Program-made: the position numbers and the translations under genes
In this document: piece by piece, positions 12,370-27,379 of the stretch
Numbering within the stretch: position 1 is the stretch's first letter
Layout: the number at the start of each line of letters is the position of its first letter
Notes under the pieces: generated by a model
Database searches by the model: none
Told to the model about the DNA's origin: nothing
The model's input: the letters and a program-made list of their open reading frames with translations, nothing else
DNA from: Euprymna scolopes
Lineage: Eukaryota
Reading direction: 5' to 3' (one strand)
Assembly (NCBI GenBank): GCA_053919585.1
Contig: CM132783.1
DNA: 64,000 nucleotides

Positions 12370-14375
12370 AGAACGAAACCCTTCCCCAATATAATTTACT
12401 TACTCATTTTATAATTCAAAATTTTACAAAGGAGGCTACCAAACCATCTTTTAAATATCTGGTTCAAAGTTTAAAGCGAGAGTCTCGGTCAATAAGCAAA
12501 AACAGTGATTTATTATGTGCAGTCAGCTACGCTTTATAATGAACAAATGTACAAACGATATTATGGTCCACAAAATTGTCAGCTTCATAATGAATAATGC
12601 TATAGGACGATATAAAAAAGATCGCATTAATTAACAGTATTTGGGTGCTTAAGAAAACAGCGCAGAAAGGATTTGTTTACATTGGAGTTGTAGAAGATCA
12701 AATTTTGTTTAAATAGATACAGTTACATGCCAACGTTTTCTGAAAACAGGAAATCATTTCATTAGTAATTGTGGTTTTATAATAGGCAAATAAGGAAATA
12801 ATGTTTTTGGTACGTTTTGTAGTTATGCGACATATTGCGGTCATTATCTTAATAAGAATATCGATTTATTAAAGATACCTGATGATAGCTGACGAGTAAA
12901 GCGCTATAACTATGTTGATAGTTGTAAAAGCGACAATAAACATTAAATGGAACGTTTTAATTATGTTAATAAGAATATGTTACTCCGTCAAAGATCTAAA
13001 CCGCTTATAAAATGTAGACAAACGTAGGAAAAAGGCACATCATTAGCAAGAAGAAGCTCGAGGAACACTATGCAAACAATATTTTAGGTTCAATTTGTGT
13101 CATGTGAATTAAGTAATGCATTTATTAAAAAAACAATATTGACATTATTTTCTTCAATATAATTCTACTTAGAATAAAAAATATTCAGTGTTGATACACG
13201 TGAATTTTGAATTCATGGTAAGAGCTTGAATATTACTTTGCCTGCTTTAATGATCCGTATCCTTAAATTGCTGCCACCATTACTTCATTAAACAGTAATA
13301 AAATAGGATCCTGATGTTTATCTTTATCGTAAATTAGAACTAATCTCTTGGTTTATAAGTGCATTAAATAACAGTGAAATAGAGTTATGGAACGTTTACA
13401 TAATTACATAAAATCATTTTAATATCCAGATCGCGTGTATCACGATGAATTTATTACATTTTCACTCCAAACAATTGTCCAGTACAATGTTAGGGGCGAC
13501 AAAATGAGACATAATTTGCAAGATTAGTATGTCGGAACTTGAGCAGCGAGCTGGCTGTCTTAATTAAACAAGAACTTCGGCATGCCATTAAAATTTAGAA
13601 AACATGAACCCAGAAAAGAGCTGTAAAGTCTAGCGAAGAAAATATTAGAGTAGAAGGGATCTGGCATCTAGGAAAGTCTATTGTGTGTAGATGGGAGTTT
13701 ACCACTCATTGGATTTGTCAGAAGTATTTATATAGTGGGGGTTCAAGAGCCCGCAGCTCGTCGAAACACTTTCCCATGAAATACTTGTAAAACAGGCAGA
13801 GGGATGCAACAATTCATCAATGAGACAGACGTTGACGCCAAGCTGACAGTGAGGACCAGTTTAGTTTTCGACTCTTCTTGAACACAGTTTAAGCGGGGAG
13901 ATTAGTAGCAAGTAGGCAAATGGTAGCCTTCTAGAGGTACAAGATACTACCAGGTAAGTAACTGTCTAGCACAGTAGAGATATGTCACCTTTTTTGCAGC
14001 AGTCTCGGCAATGCTCTCGATTATGTGGTATTACTCATGTTTCTTGTGAACGTTAAGCTGAGGAGTAATGCATCATATCCAGACCTTATAGGAGCTGAGT
14101 AAATCGCTCGGAATTATTAACGGAAATATGCTTAGTTTTGGCAGCATTGAGTGTAGCCATCCATCTTTGTTTCTATTTCACTACAGATTTGTGTCATTTC
14201 CTTGGATATATATTTTTTGTTTTCCCCTCAACTATGTTATGGAGCCTGGTGTCGTTTGGAAATCTGCTGATCACAGAGATTATTTTATCAGAAAATACAT
14301 TTATCAATATCAGAAATATCAAAGGTTTAAGGATAGAGCTCTGATGTATTTATATAATTGTAAAACCTGGATTGA
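12370..14375 (+). pseudogene. Plus-strand cluster of degenerate lectin/WSC-like cassettes
   Basis: Examples: KNSDLLCAVSY..YYGPQNCQLHN (~12500), ttttttgcAG|QSRQCSRLCGITH (~14000), cactacAG|..FCFPLNYVMEPGVVWKSA (~14190). Confidence 0.4.
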
Positions 14376-14377
14376 TT

Positions 14378-16010
14378 AGCTAATCACGAACCTTGACACC
14401 AGTAAAGCAACTGGTCCAGACGGTATTCCAAATAGTGTGAAAAACATTACAACCAGAACTTGCCCCCATACTTTCCAAACTGTTTAAGCGTTGCCTTAAG
14501 GAGAAGTGCTTTCCAACACCCTGGAAAACCTCATCAGTATGTCATGCATTTAAGAATTAGGGTGATAAGTCATCCTCCTCTCAGTACAGACCAATAAGTC
14601 TCCTGTGTGTCATGAGTAAGTTGCTGGAATCCACAATGAATAGAGAAGTAATCAACCACCTCAGCAGAAATAACCTTCTTAGCGACATACAATATGGTTT
14701 CCGCTCTGCTAGATCTATAGCAGATGTGTTAACGGTTATATCTCATAGGATTAGCGAATCTCTCGACAAAGGCTTCCTTTCTAGGGCAATTGCTCTTGCC
14801 ATATCAAAGGCTTTCGATAAGGTTTGGCATAAAGGCCTACTACACAAGATTTCCAGCTATGGTATAACTGGACATATTTCCTCTATCATTAAATCATTTC
14901 TATCTGATAGGCTTATAAGAGTAGTTGTTGATGGGTAGAAATCAGAGGACCACGGTATTAATGCTAAAGTCGCTCAGGGGTCCATACTGGGCCCAACTCT
15001 CTTCCTAATCTACATCAATGATCTCCTAAAACACATACTAAAATCTTTCGTTGACATCTATGCTGATGACACGACCACCTATGGCAACACATCAAAGGCC
15101 GTATATGATGATGTTCTCTCTGATTCTATCTCCTCTGATCTTGAGCGCGTGATACAGTAGGAGAAGAGGTGGCTGGTTACCTTTAATGCAACTAAGACCA
15201 AGCTCCTATCTCTACATCGTAAACGCTCTGATCCCCATCTGGCATCAATTGAAATGGATGGCTTTCGTCTAAGGGAGGCCCCAGGATTTGATAAGCTCCT
15301 TGGTTTGACCTTTACACATGATCTTAAATGGAACACATACATCAAGTATGTGGCCAAGGTCGCTGGGAAAATGGTGGGATCCTTCTACCGCTCCAGAAGA
15401 TATCTCACTAATGATGCAATTCTCTATCTATATAAGAGACAAGTACGTCCAAAGATGGAGAACTGCTGCCACATCTGGCCGCGGGCTGCAAAAAACAGCC
15501 TATCCCGCCTTGACAGAGTACAAAGTAGACTCTGTGGCTTGGTGGGGATTCCCTTTTCTCTGCCCTGCAACCTCTCTCCCACAGAAGAGACGGTGGGAGC
15601 GTGTCATGGTTCTATCGTTATTTCCATGGCAGGTGCTCGTCTGAGCTTTTTTCTCTGGTACCCCCCCTTGCCAATCTTTCTCAAAAAACACCCGACTAGA
15701 TGAAACCACCGTCAATAATTTTCCCCACTCCCTATTTGTGCCTTAATTAAAACGTAGATGCCATGAACAAAGCTTCTTTCTTAGAACTGAACGCCTGTGG
15801 AACTCTGTTCCGCTTGCCTGTTTCCCTCCCGACGTCAACCTGGGTGTCTTCAAGTCAAACACAAACACATTCCTGATGAACCGCCCCCCTAAGTAATGAC
15901 CCCTTACAAATTCTCCAATACTATTGCTACACTATCCCTTGATTACTGTACACCCAATAAACCTTATCTCTGAGTGGCCATTGGCCCTTGATAAATGGTG
16001 AACTCCAAAA
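14378..16010 (+). mobile_element. 5'-truncated CR1-like non-LTR retrotransposon (RT domain and 3' end)
   Basis: KATGPDGI, YRPISLL, QYGFR, ISKAFDKVWHKGLL, AQGSILGPTLFLIYINDL, YADD; stops and frameshifts present. Confidence 0.95.
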
Positions 16011-16479
16011 ATTATTATCTAATTTAAGAAAGATTTTAATATGTTAATTAGTCCCCCAGAAAGATCATATGATCTGATTTTACTGAGAAGACCACCGTGC
16101 CAAACGCTGACAACGGGCAGATACATCAAGAGCTATTGCTCTAGTCTCTTTTACCCCCTCGTGTGCATGGTATATATGTAAATAGATTACAGTAAGAATG
16201 ACTGGAGTAAAACGGGTTTGCTTAAGTTTAAACTGTTAGCCAGACCGAAGTTTAACTGCTGTGAAATGATGGATTATTGTCGAAAAACGGAGGAGGCTCA
16301 TACGGCGATAAGTTAAAGGGTCAGTTATTTTTACAACTATCTTATCAGATACGTGATTGATAAGTGTACAGTGCTGGATCGAGGAGAAACAGTAAACAAA
16401 ATATAAGAAGTTTAGCCTATGTTGTAATGTTAGTCTCAAGCATATCAAATCAGGATCGTTTGATTGCAATTTCGGTTCC

Positions 16480-16858
16480 TTAGGGAAGTGCTACCAATAT
16501 AGACTGTAAGTCCGTGCGTGTATCTGTCAAAGTACTTACTACAAATGGTTAAAGGGGAAAGAGTAGTGTTACGATATTCAGGGATTTGCTAGGAACAATG
16601 ATTCTACACCATCTATGTTAATTATGTCCACGGATATTGTAAATGCGAGTCTTAAGGGAGCAGGCAGGTTGTTGTTCGAGTGTGCATCTCGCTTGACTGT
16701 TATGTTCTATTAAGTTGTTATTTAATTTTATTTTATAGTTTCAGTTTAGAGTGAAGAATGTAAGACAAAATGGATGTGTTTTGCCTCCATCATGCCACAT
16801 AAGTATCATCAACTGACTCCTTGTCAGCAAGAAGGTGATCTGTGGAATGCCCACCAAG
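16480..16858 (+). pseudogene. WSC-like and lectin N-half cassettes running into a masked block
   Basis: GKCYQYRL*VRACIC; YYKWLKGKE*CYDIQ...ECASR; tttcAG then SEECKTKWMCFASIMPHKYHQLTPCQQEGDLWNAHQ, open into the N block. Confidence 0.5.
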
Positions 16859-17038
16859 NNNNNNNNNNNNNNNNNNNNNNNNNNNNNNNNNNNNNNNNNN
16901 NNNNNNNNNNNNNNNNNNNNNNNNNNNNNNNNNNNNNNNNNNNNNNNNNNNNNNNNNNNNNNNNNNNNNNNNNNNNNNNNNNNNNNNNNNNNNNNNNNNN
17001 NNNNNNNNNNNNNNNNNNNNNNNNNNNNNNNNNNNNNN
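16859..17038 (+). other. N-masked block within a plus-strand cassette cluster
   Basis: Preceded by an open lectin-like frame and followed by taccgat|GTaagc. Confidence 0.4.
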
Positions 17039-17935
17039 TACCGATGTAAGCGCTATGAAAGGAGTCGGACATTATTACTCATTCGGCAGCCCTGTAAACT
17101 GCCAAAGCGGTAGCCTCAACCTGCTAGACATGCGTGGCTAGTTTTATAAATTTAGCATATATTGTAAACAAGTACCTACAAGATGCCCAGATTAAGGGTA
17201 AGGTAATGAGGTAGATGTGGGGGACGACGTTCATTACCCTAATCAGGAAATAAGACCAAATACTGGGCATCTGTAATAAGTCCCCGTAATTGTACCTCTG
17301 CTCCTGACTAATAGGCAAAGAAGGATTATGGAAAGCCAGGCGACAAGCGCAACATTACTACTACGAGATCATTTTTAGTTTGCCATTTTTACGTGATTTG
17401 ATCGAGGCAGTAGGTTTAAGGAGGTTGTAGACCAGAACTAAGGAAAGCTATCTTCTTCGTTTGGTGCAAGACATATGAGGTCACTAGCACTATATTAATA
17501 TTGGATTTTTCTTTCTCCTAGATTGATGACCTGACAAGATCTATCGGGCCATCAACAGCATCAGGGTAATCATTTAGCCTGATTTCCAAGCCAGGCATTT
17601 CTAATTCTATTTCCCTTCCTGGGTTGTCAGGATTAATCAAGTAAGTACAAGTGTTGGCGTTAAGATCCGTATCTACTAGAGTTTTACAAGGTTTTGTGGA
17701 TTAACAACTATATAAGAAAACGTATAGTATCAAGAGTTAGGTATGATCCAAATACAAGTTTCGACCTACCGATGTTAGTTTTATGTAAAGGCAATCACCA
17801 ATACATTTACCCAAGTAAGTAGAAGAAAAATAAAGCGTTTCTACTGAATATATATAACTTTAAGTATAAACAGCTTTGGTTTAGAAAAATCAATCTTATA
17901 AATAAGCTATAGGGTAAAAAACATATACTATAGAT

Positions 17936-18130
17936 NNNNNNNNNNNNNNNNNNNNNNNNNNNNNNNNNNNNNNNNNNNNNNNNNNNNNNNNNNNNNNNNN
18001 NNNNNNNNNNNNNNNNNNNNNNNNNNNNNNNNNNNNNNNNNNNNNNNNNNNNNNNNNNNNNNNNNNNNNNNNNNNNNNNNNNNNNNNNNNNNNNNNNNNN
18101 NNNNNNNNNNNNNNNNNNNNNNNNNNNNNN
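17936..18130 (+). other. N-masked block within a plus-strand cassette cluster
   Basis: Left flank ctatAG|at; neighbouring cassettes are on the plus strand. Confidence 0.35.
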
Positions 18131-18163
18131 ATCGAATTTTAAAGTTCTACATTATGAGACTAG

Positions 18164-18270
18164 GCGATACTCCCGTTTCTCATGGCAACGTGTCATGTAT
18201 GGGATTTTATAGCAGCTAAGAGAGACGTCTTGTTGTACAAAAGAGATGTTGTAACCTACAAGAATACAGT
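18164..18270 (+). pseudogene. Lectin C-half-like cassette
   Basis: actAG|GDTPVSHGNVSCMGFYSS*ERRLVVQKRCCNLQEY. Confidence 0.45.
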
Positions 18271-18435
18271 ATTAATTTTAATTAGGATATACAAGCATTT
18301 GTGTAGGATAAAGGAGTATAAGGATTTATAATATTGCGAAGCACACACGGTCCTATTGGAGGTAAAGTAACTAGCCCATTTAACTCGACATTTAGAATAT
18401 GAGTGTTCCAGTGATGTTAATAGCATACATAAGTA

Positions 18436-18514
<79 letters not shown>

Positions 18515-18676
18515 GAATAAAAGATCAATACAAAACTTATATGAATGTCTATATCTTTTCTGTATTCATTTCCAGTGTGTCGACGTGTAGGAATACAAAG
18601 TCTTTGGAAAAAAACAGGAATGTTTCCTTCAAAAGCACATAATTTACGACCGATCCTTCGATCTTCCTCAGTGTGA

Positions 18677-18727
<51 letters not shown>

Positions 18728-18739
18728 ACAATTAAATTT

Positions 18740-19035
18740 ACCAAAATACGATGGTAAAACTAAAGTATATTATAAATGTTAAAGAGTTAATATTTATAAA
18801 GTAATCTCAACCAGATGTAAAAGCTCGATAAAACCAAATAGAAAATAGAGTTATAATAAAAACAAACAGTTAATAAAGCATGTTAAAAACACTTGAAAAA
18901 GCGTTAAACACATATTTAATCTAAAAAGGACACACTTGATAAGTGGACACTTATCAAGTGTTTCCTTTTTAGATTAAATATGTGTTTAACTCTTTTTAAA
19001 AGTTATTTTTACATGCTATATTAACTGTTTGTTCT
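18740..19035. mobile_element. Penelope-like terminal repeat fragment with fold-back (arms ~18862-18944 / ~18947-19035)
   Basis: Homologous to 27528-27715 and 58628-58690; ...acacttgataagtg-ga-cacttatcaagtgt... inverted arms. Confidence 0.8.
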
Positions 19036-19100
19036 TAAATATATACAGACTGTATGTCGATGACTACAAATATATGTATATATATATATTTATATATATT

Positions 19101-19137
<37 letters not shown>

Positions 19138-20749
19138 ACCTTATATTGTAGTATAAGCGTAGTCAAGGAATGCTTATCCACGATCTCCAGAAAATGAAGC
19201 AATATCAAGAATTAAGGGCAGTAAACAAAGCTTCAGCAATAACTTTACAATTCTTAGTAATCAAGTTAAAGAATAATAAATAACAGACGTTAGCTTTTTA
19301 TGGATGTTTCGACTACATATTACGTTCAGCATTATGGACATTTTAGATTTTACTTTTTCCAACATCTGATCAGTATTTAAGCATCTCAGCATGGGGGTGT
19401 CTTTTGCGGATTTATTGAAATTTCAGGAAAATAAATAGGGAATTAAATTTAAATACATTATGCAAGTATGTAAGACTAAAGGCATAAAAATAGTCAACTT
19501 AACATAAGTAGCATGCAACCAAAACCTTTTTTCTCGGTTTTAAAGAGAAACAAATAGTAGATGGGAATCAAGGTTCATTGCCTTTGTCATGAATTCGTAA
19601 AGAAAGGCACGGCGTGTTTCAAGTGACTCGTTGATATTGCAACTCTGCGCCTGACTAATAGACAAAGAATAAGTATGAAAGTTGTTCGGCTCGGCATATT
19701 GCTTACATATATCTTAGGTGATATAGTTTTGTAAACTAGACAACTGGGAGAGAATTGGAAAACCTACAAGACGCAGATCTCGTGTATCTTCGGTTTTTCT
19801 TAAAGAGGTTCATTGGTATATCATGGAATTTTCATGCAAATGGGGTATGTCATGATGTGCAAATGTGAGTATGCATATTAAAAAGTTATCCCTGGCTGAA
19901 TATTAAAACAAACAACACTGGCTTTAAGAAAGTACACCAAAAATATCACATACGGGATGGCACCGAAAATAAAAAAAATAAAATGTCCCCTCGTCATTGC
20001 TACGAACTAAGACATACGGGGAAAATAACATTGCCACTTTTTCCCAGTGTAGGTAGTAACACTAATCCGGAAAATCCATCAGACCAGACAAATCTTGATA
20101 TTGGAATCCAGCAACACCCAACAAGGACATTCAAAAAACGAAAGTACAAAAATACCATTGTTTGTTGCAGAATTAAACTATTCTTTACTGCTTCAAACAC
20201 TCAAGATATGAGAAATGGGTCCGATGTAATGACAAAATATTCGAGGAGCAAATTAGAAAACCAAATAAAAATTGGAAGCCACTACAGCCAGACACTCTGA
20301 AAAGATGACACAGTAAAGTAATATTTCAAACTCGATCAGTCTTTAAAGAACAGATAGAACTGGAGATTTTGTTAGCCAGTCAAATAGAAAAAGAAAACTG
20401 ATATCTGAAATAAGGAGACCAGCCTAGATCTGTTGCAATTAAAATACCAATGATCTTCAAAGTCTTTGGTGTAAGAGTGAAGGATAGCTTTCCACGTTTT
20501 TATCTCCAACAGATAGTTCACATGACAGAAAGCATGATTTATCAAGAAAAAAAACCATTGCCCATAGACGAGGAGAAAAAGAGCAAACTGTAGTCGAAAT
20601 ATAAACGAACAAGCCTGGAAAAGAAACATAAAAAATAGAGGGCCTCAGAGAAGAGATATCCCAGATCTCTACTTTTCTGTCGAACGAAGTTCAAGGACTA
20701 AACGCCAAAAAGAACACTCTCAAATCTAAACACTCTCTTCAGACGCCAA

Positions 20750-22439
20750 ACAAGCTACGGGTTTATTTACGAGGAAAAAGATGCGAAAGTAAAAACTGTA
20801 TCTGCAAAGAAAAATAGTTTTAAACAAAGGAAAATGGCGACCATCTGTTTTATTTTTACAAGAAATGCATCTTGCGAACATATGCAGTACATCACATAAC
20901 ATAGTTATCATATGTACCAAAATGTCAGTTGAGTGTAAATCATAAACATAACATTCTGTTTAATACGACGACTGATTGAACGGAGACAATCGGGGACACT
21001 ACATAATAAATAAAATCTGAGGAACCTAAATATACTCGGATAAAATTATGAACATCACGCCATGCTGCGTCTTTCTATTGCATGGGTAGAAACAATAAAC
21101 ATAAACTATTGCCCAACAAGTTTATGTAAATGCCAAAAAATCAATTTCGGAAAAAAGTGTATGCAGGCTGAACTACTGAAAATTTAGTGAAAGGATAATG
21201 GCACAGAAAACAACACTTGGATTTTTTTGCGCTGGAATCTCCTGCTTAAAACCAACCAACAATGATCGTCACCTTCAACTCGCATATGTATTAATATATT
21301 TCCATATGCCAATGTATCGTTATTTTTTAAACGTAACATAGGTACAGCAGTACAATTTAGTAATATGAATATTTTAATATCTATGTCTTCATCTATAAAC
21401 ATTGCTATTTTTAATCACTATATATCTAAATGCAAATAGATATATTTTTTTAATATTAATCCGTTGTTGTATCTGTATATTGGACAACAATTAAAAATAT
21501 ATTGATTTTACTAATTAATGCATTCAAATTTATCAACTACACCGATTCACGTATTAACCCTCATGCACAGCAGTCAAATATAATCATGTAATTTAATTCC
21601 ATATTATATTGAAACATAAAAAATGAATCAAAGTAACTAAGAACAAAAGTGCATAAAAATATTATAATCCATGGTTTAATGAAGACATTATACATCGTTC
21701 CCGAATGAGAAATGACACGGGGATAAACGGTTCGATATGAAATAGGGTCAAAACACTATATAAGTGAACCTATTGTTTGTCAAGACGATTTATCTTGTTT
21801 AGTTTCGACTGCAAATAAGTAACACATCAAATACACTTACCGTATAGCTTATCTCTAACCGACAAAACAATACGTGGACTTAATTTTTCCATTAATTGGT
21901 GTTGATGTTTGTAAATAAACTTTCATTATAACGTATCCCACTGAATGACAGATAATTAGGTGTTAACTGATTACTTTATTTTCTTCTGCGTCTATATCAG
22001 GTGTTAGATGTTAGCTAACGTCACAAGTTTATTGTTTTATGTCGAATATAGCAGCTACTTTATCTCATTATCTACAGTAATTCTATCTTATTCCTAGTTT
22101 TTGTGCTTCCGTCTACAACAGGCGTGAACACTTGAAGTGTAAGCGTTTTTAATCTACAGTATCTAAGAATAACTGACACATGCACATTAATATATCTATA
22201 TATATGCGTGTGGGTGTGTTCGTGCGTGTGTGTGCGTGTGTGTGTGTGTTTTGTGAAAAAAAGCATAATTGCAACTAATATTTGCAAGAGTAAATTGTTG
22301 TATAACATCTCTTGGGATACTAAACAATTTTTTATGGCCCAAGCAATACTTATATAAGTTATTGTAGAATATTATCTTTCTTAGTCGCTTATAAGTAATC
22401 TATGTATGTGTTATCTCTCTCTCTCTCTATCTCTTTCTC

Positions 22440-22471
<32 letters not shown>

Positions 22472-23150
22472 CATATACACACATATATATACACATGTGT
22501 GTGAGTGTTTACAATTCATAGTAAAACTTTCAAAACTCGACGGACGTTCACCCGTTTATTTTCAACATTTGAAAATATATAAGATTCCAAGATCTGTGCC
22601 ATGATTCACTTTTTCTAAATCCAAATTTAAACAGGATACTTTCCCTACAGATGAACCATCAAATATGCTTATATATCGACATGGGCGACCTTTCGTACCA
22701 CTAAAAATCGTTTTCTGAAACATCTGAAAAATAATTTTAAAAAATCGAATATAGAACAATACTCACAAGAAAAATTCTTACAAAAGAAAAGTCGTACTAT
22801 CTTTTACAAATAATCCAAGCAACCTGATTCTAAAGTAAGATGTTTTACAATATTTAACTATTTCTGATTTAAAGTATATTTAATAAATAACACAATGTGT
22901 ATTGATATATATATATATATATATAACGTGTTACTAAAAATAAAAACAAACAAAACATGCATACATATATTTACAGTATCTAATTGTTCTTTTATGCGTT
23001 TTGTTATTCTTAAAAACCTTATATACAAGCAAATAAAGCGAACACACAATAATAGTCGAAAAGCACAAATGTACCCAATAAATGTGTTGCCTCATATGTT
23101 TATGAATATCACAGTAAACTATCTTCAATATTCACGAAAATATATTTCAT
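20750..23150 (-). pseudogene. Minus-strand cluster of degenerate lectin/WSC-like cassettes
   Basis: ORF-track peptides: HMFARCISCKNKTDGRHFPLFKTIFLC (WSC-like, ~20800-20890), EGDDHCWLVLSRR (~21250), GTKGRPCRYISIFDGSSVGKVSCLNL (~22620-22700), QHIYWVHL (~23070). Confidence 0.45.
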
Positions 23151-24959
23151 GCAAGCCAGATGTCACGTGTGTGAAACAAGCGGTATAGAACGTGCAAGAT
23201 ATATTTAAAAAATAATACTCAGTGTTTTAATAAGAAATTAAAAAAATATATATTTATTGTACATAAGAACAAAGAAACACGCAACATATTTACATATTGT
23301 CTGAGTAAGTTCTTTGGTATAGTTTAGTTTAGGTTTACAAGATATTTTGAATTTGTAATAATATGTATATGGTCAAGGATAACGGTAAACACAACTTTTA
23401 TAATTCCCAAACACTATTTTTTTTCTTTATGATGTTTAAAATTGATTATTTTTTTAAAATATATTTTGACCGGATTTAGATCCTCGGAAATATTGCCCGG
23501 AGTTTATATAATCGGAATACCTCTAGCGGGGTAACAGCTTAAATTGACTTGCTTACTGACCAACTAATTGATAATATGACGCTATCGCTGGTCTTTTATG
23601 GTTTTTCCAAATGATAAGTTCCAGAAACTCTTCAAATTGAAAACTACAAAATAGAACATTTCGGAAGCCCTAAAAATGGTTTATTCTGTATATAGAAATC
23701 CTGGAAAATTAAGAAAAATAATATTTTTATGTAGTAATATAAATGGCATGTTTTTAATAGTAATAATTATTCATTTTTTTATTATTATGAGAGCCTTTAA
23801 TAGCTTAAAACACCCACAAGGACAGGTTCTTACATGTAAGTAATATTACTCGTATCTTTGAAGACTATAAAATAATACTAATTTCTAGTTTTACTTATTT
23901 ATGAATGCATGGTAAAACGAATGCATGCTATAAATAAAGTAAAACCAGACATATTTTTTTTAAATAATGAAACTGCTGTTTTGATTTACAACCAGCTCAT
24001 TAGTATATGGGTGTTCAATTTATATTAAACGTGCATGGGAATATAATTTCCTACTTTAAAATCTCAAATATAAAATTATGTATTTGCGGATATAACATAT
24101 TTAGCGGATTCCATGCCACAATGCAAGGATAATAGACATTTTCTATGAAAAAGTAAACATAACAAAAATAATTTATTCAAATATATAAGGCAAAAAACAC
24201 ACACAGACACACTAGAGACATTATATATACACATGAATATTTATTAGAAAGGGTATGAAACATACCTATTCACATTCTACTGGTATTACAATATCTCTAT
24301 TCATAATCGAAACCAACTGTGTTTATCAAACGCAATCGAAGGCTTCTATAAGCATGCACCTCTGTGCATACGCAGATGTAAGTTGCTAAATACATGAAGT
24401 AAGATAATTTCGGATGATTCTATAGTATAGCTGTCTTCGCAATGGTGTGTGTACACAATATATGTATATATATATATATTCTTAGCACGATCTGAAGGGT
24501 CTTGAAACCAACACTGTGTTGGTTTTCGTTTCTTTTTATTCGGACATTAATTCATTTTCAAACTATTTGTGTTTATTTGCTGCTTCTGACTATGTTATTA
24601 TTATTGGCGGCCGCGACTTATCTCATTCAATTTATTGTTTTTCTATACTAGATTCTCCGTTTTCGTCTATAATGACACAACTCTCGATGTGTTCTCACTC
24701 GGTTGCTCACGTGATTTGCTCATTTATATACTTTGTGTTAATACCAATATAAGCAGACAGCGGCCCACATAACAACAATAAAAATAAGAGATTTTATGGG
24801 AAGACATCTGCTAATGGCGGAAGCATGATCTCGAGTCGATTTCTTTCAAACGAACGTATCTTAACATATATAAATACTAAGGCATGCGCAATTTAACTGT
24901 AAGACGAAAATGGCAAAGGTTCTGTTATAACGGACATTTTAATGTAATGTTATTGAAAC

Positions 24960-25097
24960 NNNNNNNNNNNNNNNNNNNNNNNNNNNNNNNNNNNNNNNNN
25001 NNNNNNNNNNNNNNNNNNNNNNNNNNNNNNNNNNNNNNNNNNNNNNNNNNNNNNNNNNNNNNNNNNNNNNNNNNNNNNNNNNNNNNNNNNNNNNNNN
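24960..25097 (+). other. N-masked block in a cassette cluster (strand uncertain)
   Basis: Upstream plus frame NLTVRRKWQRFCYNG is lectin-N-half-like and open into the mask. Confidence 0.35.
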
Positions 25098-25258
25098 GGG
25101 TTGGAAATCTCAATGCAAAATAATTGTATTTTTATTGTTTACGTCTGATTGAACGCTTTTATAATCTGAAGTACTCATAGAATATTGTCTTAAATTTGGG
25201 CCCAACTTTTCCATGAAAATAAAGATAAAACGTCAATGAATTGTTTATTGTATGCAAG

Positions 25259-25400
25259 GTGGAATAAATTTAAACAATCTGAAGAACAAGTATTGTGATG
25301 TATTAACGATATGGTACAGTCAAATTTTAAGTGCCACTTTTCTGGAGGTTAACTGTTCAATCCTCAATTCGGTGGATACTTAAAATACAGATGCTAATTA
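25259..25400 (+). pseudogene. Lectin C-half-like cassette
   Basis: tgcaAG|GGINLNNLKNKYCDVLTIWYSQILSATFLEVNCSILNSVDT*NTDAN|GTaggt. Confidence 0.55.
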
Positions 25401-25417
25401 GTAGGTCTTTTAACAAG

Positions 25418-25534
25418 TCATAGTTGATGGAACGAAAGCATGATAGATCTGCAGATTAAACAAAGAGTTTCAGTCTGAATTTCGTGTAGAGTCCCGAGTT
25501 TGACAGAAAGGTCGGCAAGATATGTTCGATAAAG
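25418..25534 (+). pseudogene. Lectin N-half-like cassette, 117 nt, phase 1-1
   Basis: ttttaacaAG|VIVDGTKA**ICRLNKEFQSEFRVESRV*QKGRQDMFDK-G|GT; both expected Trp positions are TGA. Confidence 0.5.
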
Positions 25535-25744
25535 GTTAAAGATAAGATCGCAAGGAACTTAATAAAAATAATACTCAAGGTTAGAACAGAAGTTTCAGGA
25601 ATCTAAATGCTACGAAGTATTCAAATATTCCCGATATGTGAAACCTATTTTGAATTGTTCCTCTATCTAAATATCTATATATATATATATATATATATCT
25701 GTGAAATGATGTGACAAATATAATGTCTCTTTTATATTAAAAAA

Positions 25745-26110
25745 CAGTTTGATAAATAGTGTTGATAGAGCTTTAAAGCGTATGAATCAGTGTCATAGTT
25801 GAACAGAATATTTCTCATATATATAAGGAAAACAGATCTCCAGTATCTTCCGAAAAGAAAAAATGCAATATTAGAACAATAGTTGACATCTGGCGGCATC
25901 AATGTAGTACTAATGGAATTGTATCTATGCGTCTGTAGTTAATGTCACTGACACTTAATTAAACCTCAATCATTGTAAATCAAACGGAGATCTCGAAGTT
26001 AATATCCAGAAATAAAGTAGCGCAAGTACTAATAATCCAAACGTATATTAATACTTTCGTAAACAGTAATCCAAACAGATTTCATCTGTCAAAAGAACAT
26101 AAATCTGTTA
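25745..26110 (+). pseudogene. WSC-like cassette plus two C-half-like cassettes
   Basis: NSVDRALKRMNQCHS*TEYF; WNCIYASVVNVTDT*LNLNHCKSN; TDFICQKNINLL|GTatga. Confidence 0.45.
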
Positions 26111-27262
26111 GTATGAGATTCATTTTATATAAAGTTAGTGAGTGAAAATATATTCTTTCACTAAAATGTATTCTTTAAATGTGCAATCAAATTGGCCTAC
26201 CTTATTCTATGAATGCCCTTTAATATATGCCTTCTCGATCTTCTAATATATAGTTTTGTATGAAAACTAACAGGGGTCAATAATCAGTACCAGTGGAGAG
26301 CTTATATCAGAAAGTCTATTAGAAATAGTTCCATTATTCATGTAGGTGAACGGATATTTTAAAAACTAATTGATAGGTAAATTGAAATTATACATACTTA
26401 TCGGGCACAAGCTAAATGTCTTAACGATGTCCCCAGAATGGTCATCATTTTAGCAACATTAGCAGTGGTAGTCAGTAAACATAATAATAGTACATGACCT
26501 TAATCAATTAATGTGAAACTAAATATTTATTAACGCGAGTATATCTAATAGCATTCTAATATTTACTTTTGTGTTCAACAACTATCGGTAAGCATATGGA
26601 TTTTTAAAGCCATTAGATTGGGCTAAATTCAATGAATTTATTGTCGGATAATGTAGTAGGTTTTCCATATGATTCTAAAATATTTCGCATTCAGAATAAA
26701 TTGTCTTCAAATATAGTAATTTTATATAGAAAGAATTTGGGTCAACATGAAAGAATGTGACGTTCAATTGAAAATAGTAATAAAACACAAAAAATATTCA
26801 ACAGGTGTTTGCTAATATTTAGGCTTTTGAAATTATATGTTAAAATATATTTTCTTTTTAATTTAATACGTGAATTAATGCAACATACTGAATAATAAGT
26901 ATACTCTATTGAAACACACGAAAATGGTTTATTGGATACTGAGTAAACGAAATATATTTTTCATAAATTAACATCTATTTATTTACACCATCTATCTTAA
27001 CGCGTTTAATTCTAAATAAAATTAAATATGGCTATATACTATTGATCAAGCACAAAGGAATGAAACGACAGTTGTAAGTTTACGTTTACATTTACATGAG
27101 GGTTATATCACTTAGATAATTCAGTTGTATATCCTAATGTGATTAAATGTGTATTCTATTTGCAGAGAAGTTTGAACTCTATTTATATTTTCATTCTTCT
27201 CCTACTGTAGTTTTAAACCACTCTTTTTTAACGTTGGTGTTCAAAATATGTTACTTTGCTTG

Positions 27263-27326
<64 letters not shown>

Positions 27327-27379
27327 TTCATGATTAGCTAAGATAAATATTCTATTTGCATTGCCACACACACACCTAC